A stretch of 63,814 bases of DNA from Thraustochytrium aureum (taxonomy: Eukaryota). Position 1 is the first letter of the stretch; every line of letters starts with the position of its first letter. The stretch covers positions 97,574 through 161,387 of the forward strand of contig BLSG01000302.1 of assembly GCA_012862495.1 (NCBI GenBank), read 5' to 3'. Positions 23,279 to 35,953 of this stretch are shown piece after piece. The notes under the pieces are model-generated. The model was not told the DNA's origin and did not search any database. It worked only from the letters and a program-made list of their open reading frames with translations. Both the position numbers and the translations under genes were made by a program.

Positions 23279-25755
23279 ATGGGCAACGCACAAGGGGCGC
23301 CTGCGGGCGAGCCCAGCTTGGCTGGCGCCGCGAACGTCAAGAGTGCTGCGAGGAGGTTTACGATGTGTGCGTTGATGTGCTTTTTGGGGGGTGGCTTGCG
23401 GGGCATGGGGGCTGACTGCGCGCTGCCGACTGCCAGGGCTGGACGGAGACGTTGTGCGCGCCGTGGAGAGGCACAGCGACGCTGGACGGCCCTTCGGGCT
23501 CAACGTGGCGCAGTTTGCAACGGTGGCAGGGATCTCTGACCTGGTAAGTGCGCCGGTGCTCGGCCCTCAAGGAAGGCAGAACGCTGACCCGCCACGCCAC
23601 TCCAGGAGGCCAAGCCTTGCTTCGAAGCCCTCGACACCGACGGGAACGGCCTTATTGACGCGTTTGAAGCGCTGGCAGCGCTGACGATGATCTCCAGCGT
23701 CGACATGCGGCTCAAGCTGGACAGTACGTTTTTCGTTTCGCGAAGAAAGGTTTCGGGTTTGGCTCCGCAGCTAACTGACAACTGTGGGCGAGCAGCGGTG
23801 TACCGCCTCTTTGACTTTGGTCAGCGGGGCGCCTTGAGCATGGACGAAGTGGTCATCCTCCTCCACTCGACCCTCCACGGCCTCGCCAAGCTCGACGAGG
23901 ACGTGCCCAACCACGAGCCTGGGGCGGTGGAGCGCTTGGTGCGCCGCACGTTTTCCCGAGCGGGCAAGACTGTGGACGACGAGGTTTCGCTCGAGGAGTT
24001 TTGCACGTTTTGCCGGCTGAGCGAGGCCATCGCGGAGGTGCTCCGCTACGTGCACGGCGCGGCGCGGCTCGTCCCGCTCGCGCCAGGGGAGCGGTGGGTC
24101 GACCCAGATTTCGACTCGATCGACGCCGTGCTGTACGGCGCTCACCCCTTGATCGCATACTCCCGGTTCGGCCTCGCGAGCTGCTTTGCCTGGTCCCAGC
24201 CGCCACCTGGGGCGCGCATCGTTGTCCCAGACGCGATGACCATGTCTCGCGTCTGCCCCGGATACCTTGGAAGCTCAGCTGTCGCGGACGCGCTCAATAT
24301 GCTCTTGACGCGCCCTCGCTTGCTCCAGCGCCTATTTGTGACCACTGGACAAGAGGGCCAGGGCCGCTTTACCCTCCAGCTCTTTCGGCACGCCAACTGG
24401 GAACTCGTCTGCGTGGACGATCGTGTCCTGAGCAGCAAGGCGTCCTTCTGCGCGGCGTGTGGCCAGCACCGCGCCGGGTTGGCCGGGATGTGCCACGCCC
24501 TGGACGACCCGTCTCAAGCCTGGCCTGGGCTCGTCGAGAAAGCCCTTGCCAAAGCGTGGGCTCCTTCGAGCGACTGGCGCAGCTGGAACTCTGCGATCTG
24601 CTGGAGCATCTCACAGCCGGCACAGCCCAGCTGCTTCCGCTTGATAGGAGCGACGAGGCCGGCACGCTAAAGCTTATCCATGGTGCGCTCAATGCGGGAC
24701 TTGCCGCAGTCGTGCACAGGGCCCCGACTCGGCGACCTGGAGAAGCGCTTCGAGCAGATGAAATTCAGGGCCGCAAAGGCGTGGGCCCAGCGGCTATGTA
24801 CACTGTCCATGGCGTAAAAGCGGGCCACGTTCGACTACGCGCGCCGGTGGATGCCAAAATACACTCGTACGCGCGCGAAGGCGGCGTGTCCGGGGAGCTG
24901 AGCGCTGCGCCCGACGATGACGGCCTGTTTTGGATGCCTGCGCAGGACGCAGCAACGATATTCCACTGTTTGGTCAGCTGCCGCGTCTTTGAGGCAGACG
25001 CGTGGACAACCCAGGCGCGCCGTGGGTCCATGACAGGCGGCGGCGACCTGCTGGGGCCGGCTTGGCACGCTGGCGATCAGTTCACGCTTACAGTGCAGAG
25101 CAACTCGACAGTGCTTGCCATTTCGGCGTACTTGAACCAGGATTCGCCAGCGCTCGCGGACCAAGGATACTCAGGAACGACTGGAAAGCCCGAGCTTGAC
25201 TCGAGCGGCAGCGACGTGGGGGCCGGCGGGATGCTCGGTCTCGCAGTAGTTGCCCACGACTTCGGAAACGACCAAGACGGCGAGGCCGTGCCGGCGACCG
25301 TCCTGCGCGCCGGCAGCGTCGTCGCAACGGCCCCCTTCGACGAGAACAAAACCTCTGCTACCTGCGAAACACAGCTCGATCGGGGCAAGTATGTCGTCGT
25401 GGTCCTTGGCCGCACAGTTGGGCGCAAGTTCTCCTACAGCCTCCTACTTCGTTGCCATCAGAGCCCTCGCGACCCGCCGCACGCAATCCTGAGCGGCGCT
25501 CCCGACGTGGACTGGCAAGACGCCCACGAGGCTCGCGACGAGGCGCTCGTCGCTGTCGGAGCAGACCGCGCTTCCAAGGCCGAAGTGGAGCAAGCGACCG
25601 TGGTCGTCCCGCGAGCTCCACAGAGCGTGCGACTTCCGTGGTCTGCAGCACGCGCGTTGCACATGCATGCGCTTGCTGCCGAGGCCTTCGAGCAGAGGCT
25701 GCTCAGCAAGACGGCCGCGCGCGAGGGAAAGGCTGGGGCGGCCTGCGCAGTGTAG
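23279..25755 (+). CDS. N-myristoylated EF-hand protein fused to catalytically dead calpain-like domain (exons 23279-23366, 23437-23543, 23606-23723, 23796-25755; indel ~24555)
   Basis: MGNAQG start and three in-phase GT-AG introns. EF loop DTDGNGLIDAFE. Calpain-type motifs WVDPDF, GRFTLQLFRHANWELVCVDDRV, WPGLVEKALAK, DDGLFWM, and domain III-like QFTLTV...LDRGKYVVV. Confidence 0.8.
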
Positions 25756-25885
25756 CTTACTCAATCGAGCCAAACAGATTCGAAGACAAACATGGACAAT
25801 CAAATCGGACAATGTGGGTGGTGAACAGTGCTAGGGAAACGCGCGGCGGAGCCCGCAGAGAGAGCAAAGCGGGGGGTTGCTGCCA

Positions 25886-27984
25886 CTAGATGGGCTCACC
25901 CACCGCATCCCCTGATCGGTGCTTGGCCGCGTGTCTCCTCCAAGGAGAGCTCTTGCGTGACTCCTTGCTCGTCATCGTGGCGTCGCCCGACTGCTCTGGC
26001 GGCATGAAGAAAGTCTCGTCGAAAAGGGGGTTGTGCCTCAAATGGCGCGCACTCATCGCGTTCAGAGTGGCTTCCGGGTGATACGGCAGCGTGCCCAAGG
26101 CGGGCCCAACACCGACGGTAGCAGAGCGGCCCTCTGCTGCAAGCCTTTCGCGAACCGCTTCGCGGATACGGACGGCCTCAGGATCGTCCCTCGTGAGCGC
26201 GCGCGTGTTGTACGCGCGCGCGTTGGGAACGTGTGTGGCCCAAAAGTCCGATTTGCCTTCGATCGGGGCCACCTCTTTGATTTTGAACATCGCAATCCCT
26301 GCAATCCAGATGCAGAGAATGTTGGCCAGCGTGAGAAGGAAAGACCACCCCGCCCCCTGGAGAATCTCCGTCACGCTGAATGGCCCTTCAGGATGGTTGT
26401 CGAGGTCGATGTATGAGGTGTTCGCAAGTGCGGCGACGGCGAGGAGGATGCCCGTGTTTACGGCTGGAGGGAGGAGCGACGCGGAGATGGCGACGCCCAC
26501 CAGGGACGACGTGTTGTTGCCGAGTACGCTGAGCGCCACACCGACACCGCTGGGAATGGCGATGCTTATACCGATGTACACAGCCGTGAGCGAGGATCGC
26601 GACCACATCTCGGTCGTCGGCCAGGTTTCGCCGATCAACGGGGCCGCGCAGAGACCTCCTATGAAGCCCACGAAGGCGCAAATCAGCAACCCACAAGCTC
26701 GCTAAATAGGCCCATCTTCATCATCGGGTGGTCGCTCATCGTCCAGCCAAAGGTGACAGCAAGGATGGGCCCCATGAGCGGGCTCACGAGCATCGACGCC
26801 ACAATCACGACCACATTGTTCGTGACGAGCCCGATGCAGGCCAGGACGCTCGCGACCAAGACGAGCATAACGTAGTCGAACGAGAAGTCGGCGGACGAGT
26901 TGACCAGCTCAATCACCGAGTCGACGGCGATACGTGACCGGATCGTCTGCATAAAGTTTGATGTGAGCTGGTCAAAGCGCGACTTTTCGCTTTCCACCTG
27001 GATTCGGATGCCGTCGCCGGCTGGCTCGCCGTCCATGTCGACATCGACAAACTCTTCGTGCGCGCTGTCGTCCTCTTTGTTGCTGCCTTCGTCCTTGCTG
27101 AGTGAGGAACTCGATTCGCTCCCGGCAATCAAGTCTTTGCCGCTCTCCGCCGCAGCCGCGCGGAGGAGATTTTCCACAGACACGAGCGGAGATTGGCCAT
27201 TCTCAGCGTGTTCGACCACAGCAGCGGGGTTCACGCCATTTTCTTTGGCATGGCCGATGGCCGCAGCGACGGTCGCAAGGTTGGTGGTGGAAAGCCTGGC
27301 GGCGGGCCTGTCCGGGGCGGGCGAAATAGAACCGTTGCCCGTAGCGGCTGACGCTGCGGCAGCGGCCAGGTTTGCAGCGGAGCCGTCTGCGGCCGGGGGG
27401 TCCTGTGCCGGAGCGGCAGGCGTAGGCCCGCCGGGGAGCTCGGAGACGTCGGATGGGTGGACTTTGCTGGGGGCCGCGTACTCCTTTGGGTCAGCTTCGC
27501 GCTCCTCGCGGCTCTTCTCGCGCTCCTTGTCGCCAATGCCGGGCTGTCGCGGCAGCGGGCTCGAGGCGAAGCGCTGCAGGTGCATCGGCACCACGTAAAC
27601 GATGCCGATGCCCGAGCCCTTATTGCCGATGCCGAGGTTGCCGAGCCGCTTGAGGCACTCCTCTGCAAAGTTGTTCTTGCAGCTGAAGGTGAACATGGTC
27701 CACTTTGTTGGCCCGTTGAGATAGGGAAACTCGGCGATGAAGTCGATGATGGAGGACGAGTTGACCAGAAACTCGCGGCACAGCTCCGCGACGTTGACCT
27801 CTCGCACCGACTCCTTGACGTTGCCCTCCTCCCCCTCCAGCCCATCCTCCGCGAGCAACGCAACCAAGTTGCTTCCGCCGTCAATTGTGCCGGACTTGGC
27901 CGCGTCCGTGTCGTCCGCAAACCGCACCCTCGTGCGCCTGCGGCACACGTTGGGCACGTGCACGCTCACGAGCACGAGCGCCAT
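25886..27984 (-). CDS. DUF389 (TIGR00341-like) multi-pass membrane protein; indel ~26690
   Basis: FDYVMLVLVASVLACIGLVTNNVVVIVASMLVSPLMGPILA and SLVGVAISASLLPPAVNTG match DUF389. Confidence 0.85.
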
Positions 27985-28932
27985 CGCGGCCCCTTCGCGC
28001 CCGACTNNNNNNNNNNNNNNNNNNNNNNNNNNNNNNNNNNNNNNNNNNNNNNNNNNNNNNNNNNNNNNNNNNNNNNNNNNNNNNNNNNNNNNNNNNNNNN
28101 NNNNNNNNNNNNNNNNNNNNNNNNNNNNNNNNNNNNNNNNNNNNNNNNNNNNNNNNNNNNNNNNNNNNNNNNNNNNNNNNNNNNNNNNNNNNNNNNNNNN
28201 NNNNNNNNNNNNNNNNNNNNNNNNNNNNNNNNNNNNNNNNNNNNNNNNNNNNNNNNNNNNNNNNNNNNNNNNNNNNNNNNNNNNNNNNNNNNNNNNNNNN
28301 NNNNNNNNNNNNNNNNNNNNNNNNNNNNNNNNNNNNNNNNNNNNNNNNNNNNNNNNNNNNNNNNNNNNNNNNNNNNNNNNNNNNNNNNNNNNNNNNNNNN
28401 NNNNNNNNNNNNNNNNNNNNNNNNNNNNNNNNNNNNNNNNNNNNNNNNNNNNNNNNNNNNNNNNNNNNNNNNNNNNNNNNNNNNNNNNNNNNNNNNNNNN
28501 NNNNNNNNNNNNNNNNNNNNNNNNNNNNNNNNNNNNNNNNNNNNNNNNNNNNNNNNNNNNNNNNNNNNNNNNNNNNNNNNNNNNNNNNNNNNNNNNNNNN
28601 NNNNNNNNNNNNNNNNNNNNNNNNNNNNNNNNNNNNNNNNNNNNNNNNNNNNNNNNNNNNNNNNNNNNNNNNNNNNNNNNNNNNNNNNNNNNNNNNNNNN
28701 NNNNNNNNNNNNNNNNNNNNNNNNNNNNNNNNNNNNNNNNNNNNNNNNNNNNNNNNNNNNNNNNNNNNNNNNNNNNNNNNNNNNNNNNNNNNNNNNNNNN
28801 NNNNNNNNNNNNNNNNNNNNNNNNNNNNNNNNNNNNNNNNNNNNNNNNNNNTCCTCCTCCTCCTCCACCCTCCCAAAGCCACGGCCTCGCGCTGCCAGCG
28901 AGGCGCTCGCGTCGCTTGGGGCAAAGTGAATC

Positions 28933-30506
28933 ATGCTGGGCTGGGGCCAGGCGAGCGGGGGCCGCGGCGATGACAGGGGCGGGGAGGATCTACCTGGCGA
29001 GGCGTTCTTGGCCTCGCCGAGTCGAGAACGCGAGGCCCTCCAACTCCTGTCCACACCGCTGCACGCGCGCAGCCCCGGGTCCAACGCGATGAGGAGGCTG
29101 CGCCGCACGCTGACTGGGAGCGGGGACGCGATGTCGAGGGATGGCGCAGAGCTCGAGCAGAGCTTTGTCGGGTCGACCACTGGGCAAAGTGCGAGCGCTG
29201 CGGCGGCGGACGGCGGGAGCTCCAGCTTTTCACAGGCGGCCTTTAACGGGATCAACGTGCTCGCAGGTGTGGGCACGCTGTCGCTGCCGTTTGCCTTTCG
29301 GCAGACGGGCTGGCTGTTGGGCACCGTCTTCCTGGTGTACCTGTGCGGCGTGACAAACTACACGGGCAAGCTGATCGGGCGATGCATGGCCTCTGACAAG
29401 CGCATCCGCACGTACGGCGATCTAGGCCTGTACGCGTTCGGGACGCGCGGCAAGGCCTTTATCACCTTTGTGTTCTGCTTGGAGCTGACGGCCGCGCTCG
29501 CCATGTTTATTGTGTTGATGGGCGACAACCTGCACAAAGTGCTGAGCGCACATAGCTCCGACCCCCCGTCGCCGCAGACGCTCTACGCGATATGTGTGCT
29601 TGTCGTGCTGCCTACGTGCTGGACGGCCAAGCTGGAGCTGCTCTCGCACCTGAGCATAATCGGCATTCTCAGTTCGTTTGCGCTGTTCGTCGCCCTCGTG
29701 GAGACGGGCGCAACTTGCGACGCGGAGCACGGCAGCTTTGCTCACTTGGACACCGCTGGCTTTGCTGCCTTCGGGTCCATTTCTGCTCTGCCCTACTCCA
29801 TCGGGCTGCAGATGGTGGGCTTTGCCGGCCACGCGGTATTCCCCTCCATTTACGACTCGCTCGAGGACAAGACCCGCTTCTCGCGCCTCATCGACGTTGT
29901 CTACCTGGCGTGCTCGTCGCTGTACTTGTGTATGGGCCTCGTTGGGTACCTCCTCTTCACGGGCACCACCGAGGAGGAGCTCACGCTCAACCTCTACGAC
30001 GTCGCGGGCGACTCGATCGTGGTCAAGGTCACCATGTGGCTTATCATCATCAACCCCTTCACAAAGTTTGCGCTGACGCTAAACCCGCTCGCCATGATTG
30101 TGGAGGGCCTGGTTCTCTCGCAAGACCCGGCCACAGCGGACGACGGCCGCGAACCTGGCGGCGGGAGGTCTGATGGCGAGGCGGTCCTGGTAGCGCCGCG
30201 GTTCTGGCCGTCCAGGCGCACGCTACTGCAAAAGGGGCTTCGCACAGCGCTCGCGGCGTTTGTTCTGCTTCTTGCAGTGTTCCTGCCGGGCTTTGCGACT
30301 ATCTGTGCCTTTGTGGGGGCGTTTTGCTCTTTCGTGGTGTCGGGCATCTTCCCGATTCTGTGCTACGTGCGGATATTCGGGCACACGCTCTCCGCGGCGG
30401 GGCGTCGGGCCAACTTTTCTTGCTCGCGCTCAACACGGTTCTCTGCGTGGTGGGGACTGCTGCCATCTTCAACCCGCCCGCGACGGGCCCCTCTACCACT
30501 ACGTAG
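28933..30506 (+). CDS. Amino acid transporter, AAAP/Aa_trans (vacuolar AVT1-like); indel ~30415
   Basis: SFSQAAFNGINVLAGVGTLSLPFAF, NYTGKLIGRC, TYGDLG, FAGHAVFPSIY, IINPFTKFALTLNP; about 11 hydrophobic segments. Confidence 0.92.
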
Positions 30507-30757
30507 GAACTGCTCGAGCTCTCTCTCTAGGCTAGAGAGTAGAGAGCTAGCTCGAGCTAGAGCGCGCTCACAGGCCCACAACTGCCATGCCCCGAGTGAA
30601 CTAGAAGTTTGCGCGCCGGAACGCGAGAAGAAGAAAAGCATTTGAAGAAAAACAAAATCAACACCAAGATGAACTCGAGCGCGGGCTCGCTCGTTCGCGC
30701 GGGCTCACTCGTTCGCGCAGAGATCCGCGGAGCGTGAAAAGTGAATGAGCGAGTTGG

Positions 30758-32035
30758 CTACTCCTGAGGCTGTTGCGACCGCGTCTTCGGCCCTGGCCGC
30801 GTGCTCCGGACGTACTCGTCGACGTCCTCCGGACCATAGACGCAGGTGCCGTCGCGGTCGAGCTTGATTTTGTAAGGGTTGCCTTGCTCCCAAAGCTTGG
30901 TGACCTTGCCTGACTCCCAGGTTCCAACGTTTGCAAAGACGGTGTCACCCACACCAAAGCGCAAGGTGTCCTCCGCCTTGCACTGCTCAAAGCCTTCCTG
31001 GAGGAGCTTTTTGTCCAGGTTTCGCCCAATGAAAACGAATCGGCATACGCGCGGCTCGTCCGGTTTCCAGCACCGCGCCCCAAACCCGCCATTGAACAGC
31101 ATGTGGACGCCTTGAAACACAAACTGGTTGCTGACGCCCCTCACCGCGAGCACGCCCTTGTAGCGGAACATGTCGTTCGCCTTGGTAGGGATCAGGGCGC
31201 TGATGAAGCCCTCGAGCTTGTTGAGGTTGAGCTCGTGCTCGAGCACGCAGGAAATCGAGGTCACGGTGGTGTCGTGCATGTGCTCTTGCGTGGTGTCCAG
31301 AAAGTCGGGCTCTTTCGCGATAACGCGACTGATGTCAAACCCTCTGATTCCGATGAGCATCTTGGGGTCCACCACGCTGTTGGTCGAGCGGATCACCTCC
31401 GCGTCGCTGTTGATGGCCCTGATGCGCCCAAGCACCACCTCGATCTCAGCTTCGCTGACGAGGTCGAGCTTGTTGAGGATGATGCGGTCGGCAAAGGCGA
31501 TCTGCTCCACAGCCTCGTTCTCGATGCCCTCGGCCTTTTCGTCCTCGAGGTGCTGCACGATGTGCTTGCTGTCGATGACGGTGATGATCCCGTCGAGCAC
31601 AAAGCGCTTCTGGACCTGTTCGTCGACAAAGAACGTCTGCGCGACCGGGGCGGGGTCGGCGAGGCCTGTTGTCTCGATGATCACGGCGTCAAACTGGATC
31701 TCGTTGGCGTCGAGGCGAGCGGCCAGCTTGTGGAGGACCTTGACGAGGTCCCCGCGCACGGTGCAGCAAATGCACCCGTTCATCATCTCGATGACTTGCT
31801 CTTCGCTCGATTGCTTGATGACGGCATCGTCCACGCCGACTTCGCCGAACTCGTTCTCGATGATCGCGAACTTGAGGCCGTGGTTTTGGTCGTGCAAGAT
31901 GTGGTTCACCAGCGTGGTCTTGCCAGCGCCGAGGAAACCGGTCAGGATCGTCACGGGCTTCTTCTTGAGCGGCACCTTCCTCGCCTTTTTCTTGGCCATT
32001 TTTTGGGCTTGTCGCCTTTTCGCTTCCTTCGGCAT
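30758..32035 (-). CDS. CobW/COG0523 zinc-chaperone GTPase (ZNG1-like) with C-terminal beta-rich extension
   Basis: PVTILTGFLGAGKTT, IIENEFGEVGVD, GCICCTVRGDL, IETTGLADPAP, QIAFADRIILNKLDL, FRYKGVL, FQGVH, FVFIGRNLD. Confidence 0.93.
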   Translation of the reverse strand: MPKEAKRRQAQKMAKKKARKVPLKKKPVTILTGFLGAGKTTLVNHILHDQNHGLKFAIIENEFGEVGVDDAVIKQSSEEQVIEMMNGCICCTVRGDLVKVLHKLAARLDANEIQFDAVIIETTGLADPAPVAQTFFVDEQVQKRFVLDGIITVIDSKHIVQHLEDEKAEGIENEAVEQIAFADRIILNKLDLVSEAEIEVVLGRIRAINSDAEVIRSTNSVVDPKMLIGIRGFDISRVIAKEPDFLDTTQEHMHDTTVTSISCVLEHELNLNKLEGFISALIPTKANDMFRYKGVLAVRGVSNQFVFQGVHMLFNGGFGARCWKPDEPRVCRFVFIGRNLDKKLLQEGFEQCKAEDTLRFGVGDTVFANVGTWESGKVTKLWEQGNPYKIKLDRDGTCVYGPEDVDEYVRSTRPGPKTRSQQPQE

Positions 32036-32529
32036 TTGCGTTGCGGGTCTGCTGCCACAGGTCGGCTGCGCCTTGGCCGCCGGTAGGTTTGTGGCTGCGA
32101 ACAGCACGCGAGCTGCCTCGGGCCTTGATTGTGGAAGACTGCCGTCTTGATGAGGGGCTCGGTTGCTTGTGACGCAGGACACGGCGGAGGTCATGCAATC
32201 CGCTGCAGAAGACTACGCCGAGTACCCTGCCAGCCAGCCACGCGCTAGGGCCCTCACGAGGCGTCTGCCCAGCCACTGGCGGTTCCCGTGGCAGAATCCT
32301 GGATTCCGATTGAGAGAATCCGAGATTCTCATCGCGTTGAGTACCACGCACACCTTCAATGGCCTTGCAGCGCTTGCAGCGCCGTCGCTCATCGACGACA
32401 AGCAGCGCGCTGGGCGATGTGGTCTCGCAGGCCTCGCACAGAGCTCAATTCGCCCCGTGGGCCTGACTCCCAAGCAAGCTGGCTGCCCAATTGATTGATT
32501 GGAGGGAGGTCGGCATTCGTCGCCCCCGC

Positions 32530-32651
32530 TTGCGTTCATGCGTTCATGCGTGCGTGCGTGCGTGCGTGCGTGCGTTCATGCGTTCATGCGTTCATGCGTG
32601 CCTGCGTTCATGCGTTCATGCGTTCAGTGCGTGCGTGCGTGCGTGCGTGCG
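32530..32651 (+). repeat. Compound (GCGT)/(GCGTTCAT) microsatellite between divergent CobW and MCM9
   Basis: Seen directly. Confidence 0.92.
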
Positions 32652-32980
32652 TAGCGACGGNNNNNNNNNNNNNNNNNNNNNNNNNNNNNNNNNNNNNNNN
32701 NNNNNNNNNNNNNNNNNNNNNNNNNNNNNNNNNNNNNNNNNNNNNNNNNNNNNNNNNNNNNNNNNNNNNNNNNNNNNNNNNNACCCTGCGTGACGAACAG
32801 GCAGGATGCCGTCCGCCCTCGCGCGAGTCTGCTGTCCCAGGATCCACCGCGGCTGAGCCAGCCTGCCTCGGTAAGCTAGCGCCGTCGCTCTGCCGCTTTG
32901 GTTTGGTTTGAATTTGTCGGCGGGTGCGCAGGCAGAGTCCGAGTCGATCGGCGGCTGCGGCTGCGCGTGATGCGCTCGCG

Positions 32981-35857
32981 ATGATGGGCGACGATGGGCC
33001 AGCGCAGCAGGTGATCAGCACGGACCTGAGGAGCCAGGAGCAGTACCTGGAGCTGCTGGAGCTGCTCGTGGCCAGGGATGCGTCCGGCGTGTTCGGAGCG
33101 CAGCTGGAGGCCGTGCTGCGCGCGGAAGACGAGGAAGCGCACTTTGGGGTGTACGTGGACAGCAAGGTGCTGCTGGAGGATGACCTCGTGCTGGGGCACC
33201 TGGTGATGCGGTTCCCCGAAATGATGCTGAAGCTGTTCTCCAAGGCGCTCCTGACCGAGCAGGAGCGGATGCTGGCCGCGCCGCAAATGGCAGCCCTCAT
33301 CGAGGAGGGCGCCCCCATCACGCTGAAGCGCAACGTCCACGCGCGCGTGACCTGGCTCCCAGGCGCCAACCGCAAGCCAAACGTGAGCGCTCTGCGCTCG
33401 ATCGACGTGAACACGTTCATTCAGCTCTCCGGAACCGTGACACGGTCCAGCGCGGTCCGCGTGCTTGAAGCTGTACGCGTCTTTGAATGCAACAACGAGC
33501 GGTGCGCCGGCGTAGTGCGCGTCTTCGCCAGCAAGTACGAGGTAGGCAACATGGTGGAGAAACCGACGGGACCGTGCCCGACCTGCAACAGGTGCTCGTC
33601 GTACACAGAGCTCAAGAGCAAGCGCGTGTGCTACGACTACCAGGAGATCAAGGTCCAGGAGCAGGTGCAAAAACTAGGGATGGGGTCCATCCCGCGCTCT
33701 GTAACCGTGCTGCTCCTCCACGACCTTGTCGACAAGTGCAAGGCCGGCGACGACGTCGTCATTACCGGGGTCCCGATCCACCGCTGGAGCGCCGCCTACG
33801 TGGACGAGCGCTGCAACCTGGAGACCGTCATTGAGGGCAACACCGCCCAGGTGGTCAACGCATCGAGCCAAGGCGTCATCCTGACAGACGAGATCGAAGC
33901 CGGCTTCCGCCGCTTTTGGGCTCGCTGGACCAAGGCCAAGCAAGAGCCGATCCGCGGCCGCAACCTCATCCTCGCCAGCATTTGCCCGCAACTCTTCGGA
34001 CTGTTCGTGCCCAAGCTCGCCGTGGCCCTCGCGCTCGTTGGGTGCCCCACGTTCGTGGACAAAACCGGCACGCGCGTGCGCGGCGAGCCGCACCTCCTCT
34101 TGGTGGGCGACCCAGGCACTGGCAAGAGCCAGTTTCTGCGCTACGCCGCCAAGCTGGCGCCTCGCTCCGTGCTCACGACGGGGACCGGGACGACAAGCGC
34201 CGGCCTAACGTGCAGCGCAGTGAAGGAGGGCCACGAGTTCCTCCTCGAGGCCGGCGCGCTCGTTCTCGCCGACCGCGGCGTGTGCTGCATCGACGAGTTC
34301 GGCTCAATCCGCCCGCACGACCGCGCCACGATCCACGAAGCGATGGAGCAGCAGACGCTCTCCGTGGCCAAGGCCGGCCTCGTCTGCACGCTCAAGACGC
34401 GCACAACATCATCGCCGCGACCAACCCGAAGGGCCAGTTTGAGCCGGACAGGACGCTTTCTGCCAACACCGGAATCGCCGGCCCCCTCCTCTCGCGGTTT
34501 GACATGGTCCTTGTGCTCTTGGACAAGGCCGACGAGACCTGGGACCGCACGGTGTCAGAGTTCATCCTGAGGGCCCAGGCCGGGATCCCCGACGAGACGG
34601 GCGAGGGCGGCGCAGCGAGCACGCAAGCCTCCTCGCAAGCGAGCTGGGGCGCGGCCGACGTTGGCGCGCACGTGGACAAGTCGGGCACATGGGACCTGGA
34701 GACCTTCCAAGCTTACCTGGCCTACGTGAAGCGGTTTGAGCCAGAGCTGACCCCGGAGGCCGCCGAGGTCCTCACGACGTACTACAAGGCCCAGCGGGGC
34801 CGCGTAAACCACGAAGCCGGCCGCACGACATTGCGACTTCTCGAGAGTCTGATCCGGCTCGCGAAAACGCACGCGCGGCTCATGGCTCGCGAAAGCGTTG
34901 CCATCGTCGACGCCGTCGTTAGCGTGCAAATGATCGAGCTCTCCATGGCCTGCTCGGAGGGCGACGACTCGCAGACAAAGGCTAATTTTAGCGACGACCC
35001 GGACTCGGCGCAGTGGGAGGACACGCAGCAGATCCTCGTCGAGCTCGGGCTCAAGCGCCTCATACCCGTCGCGGAAGACCAGCTCCAGCGCGGGCACCTC
35101 GTCGAGTCGGAGGCTTCCGACGCCGAGGCCCGAAGAAGCCGCCGTTGCTCGCGCGGCAAGTGGGACGTGCAGCGCGTCGGGCGACTCCAACTCGGGCGGG
35201 CGGGTCGCTCGGCCCAAGCGCGGCCGTCCAGGCGATCAAAGGAATCGCGAGTTGGGCACTGCGCGCGGCGGCAGTGGCCAGGGCACTCAAGCCAGTCGTC
35301 CGAGTTGTTCATCGCCAGGTGCACGCGATGAGGACCACCTCTCCATACGCAGCGAGGACCTCGAGTTGGATGACGACAGCCAGGACGACGCAGGGAGTCC
35401 GCCGCCCTCTGGCAACTATAGCGCCGCCAACGGGCCCGCTTGCGGCGCCGGCGAGGAGGAGGGGCTTCCAAGTTTCAAGTCGCAGCGCTGGCGGCAACCT
35501 GCTTCTGGCAAGGAAAACTGTGCAGAGGCATCGCCCAACCTGGCCAACCCTCTCAACTTCCCCGCTGCGTCCCAGCATCAGCAAGTCGTGCGTTCTCGGG
35601 CGCCCGCTTCTATTTTGACCGGTTCGGCAAAGAAGCGCGCACGTCACGCACTCGGCAAGGCCAAAGCCATTCGAACGCCAAGCGCCGAGGGCGCTCAAGC
35701 TCGCGCAGGTACAGGCGACGGCGCTTCGCAGTTTACACAATCGCGCTTGCAGCTGGCGCCGGCGGCTAGTTTCCATCACGCGAGTTTGATCGAGGAGGAC
35801 ACAGAGGCGCTCCAAGAGGTGAACGAGGACTCTGATGAAGACGAGCTGTGCTGGTGA
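32981..35857 (+). CDS. MCM9: DNA helicase MCM9 (indels near 34405 and in the C-terminal tail)
   Basis: Zn finger FECNNERC...[112 protein letters not shown]. Confidence 0.9.
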
Positions 35858-35953
35858 AGGAAATGGGTTTTGGCTGGGGCGATAGGGCAGGACGCCCGAG
35901 GCCGCGAATGTACCTAGCTACGCACAATCTTGAGAAACTATTATGTCCTCAGC

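Noticed and set aside
22876..23406. 176-aa minus-strand ORF (MPRKPPPKK...)
   Set aside because: Runs through a microsatellite and is antisense to the first exon/intron of the calpain-like gene; no recognisable motifs.
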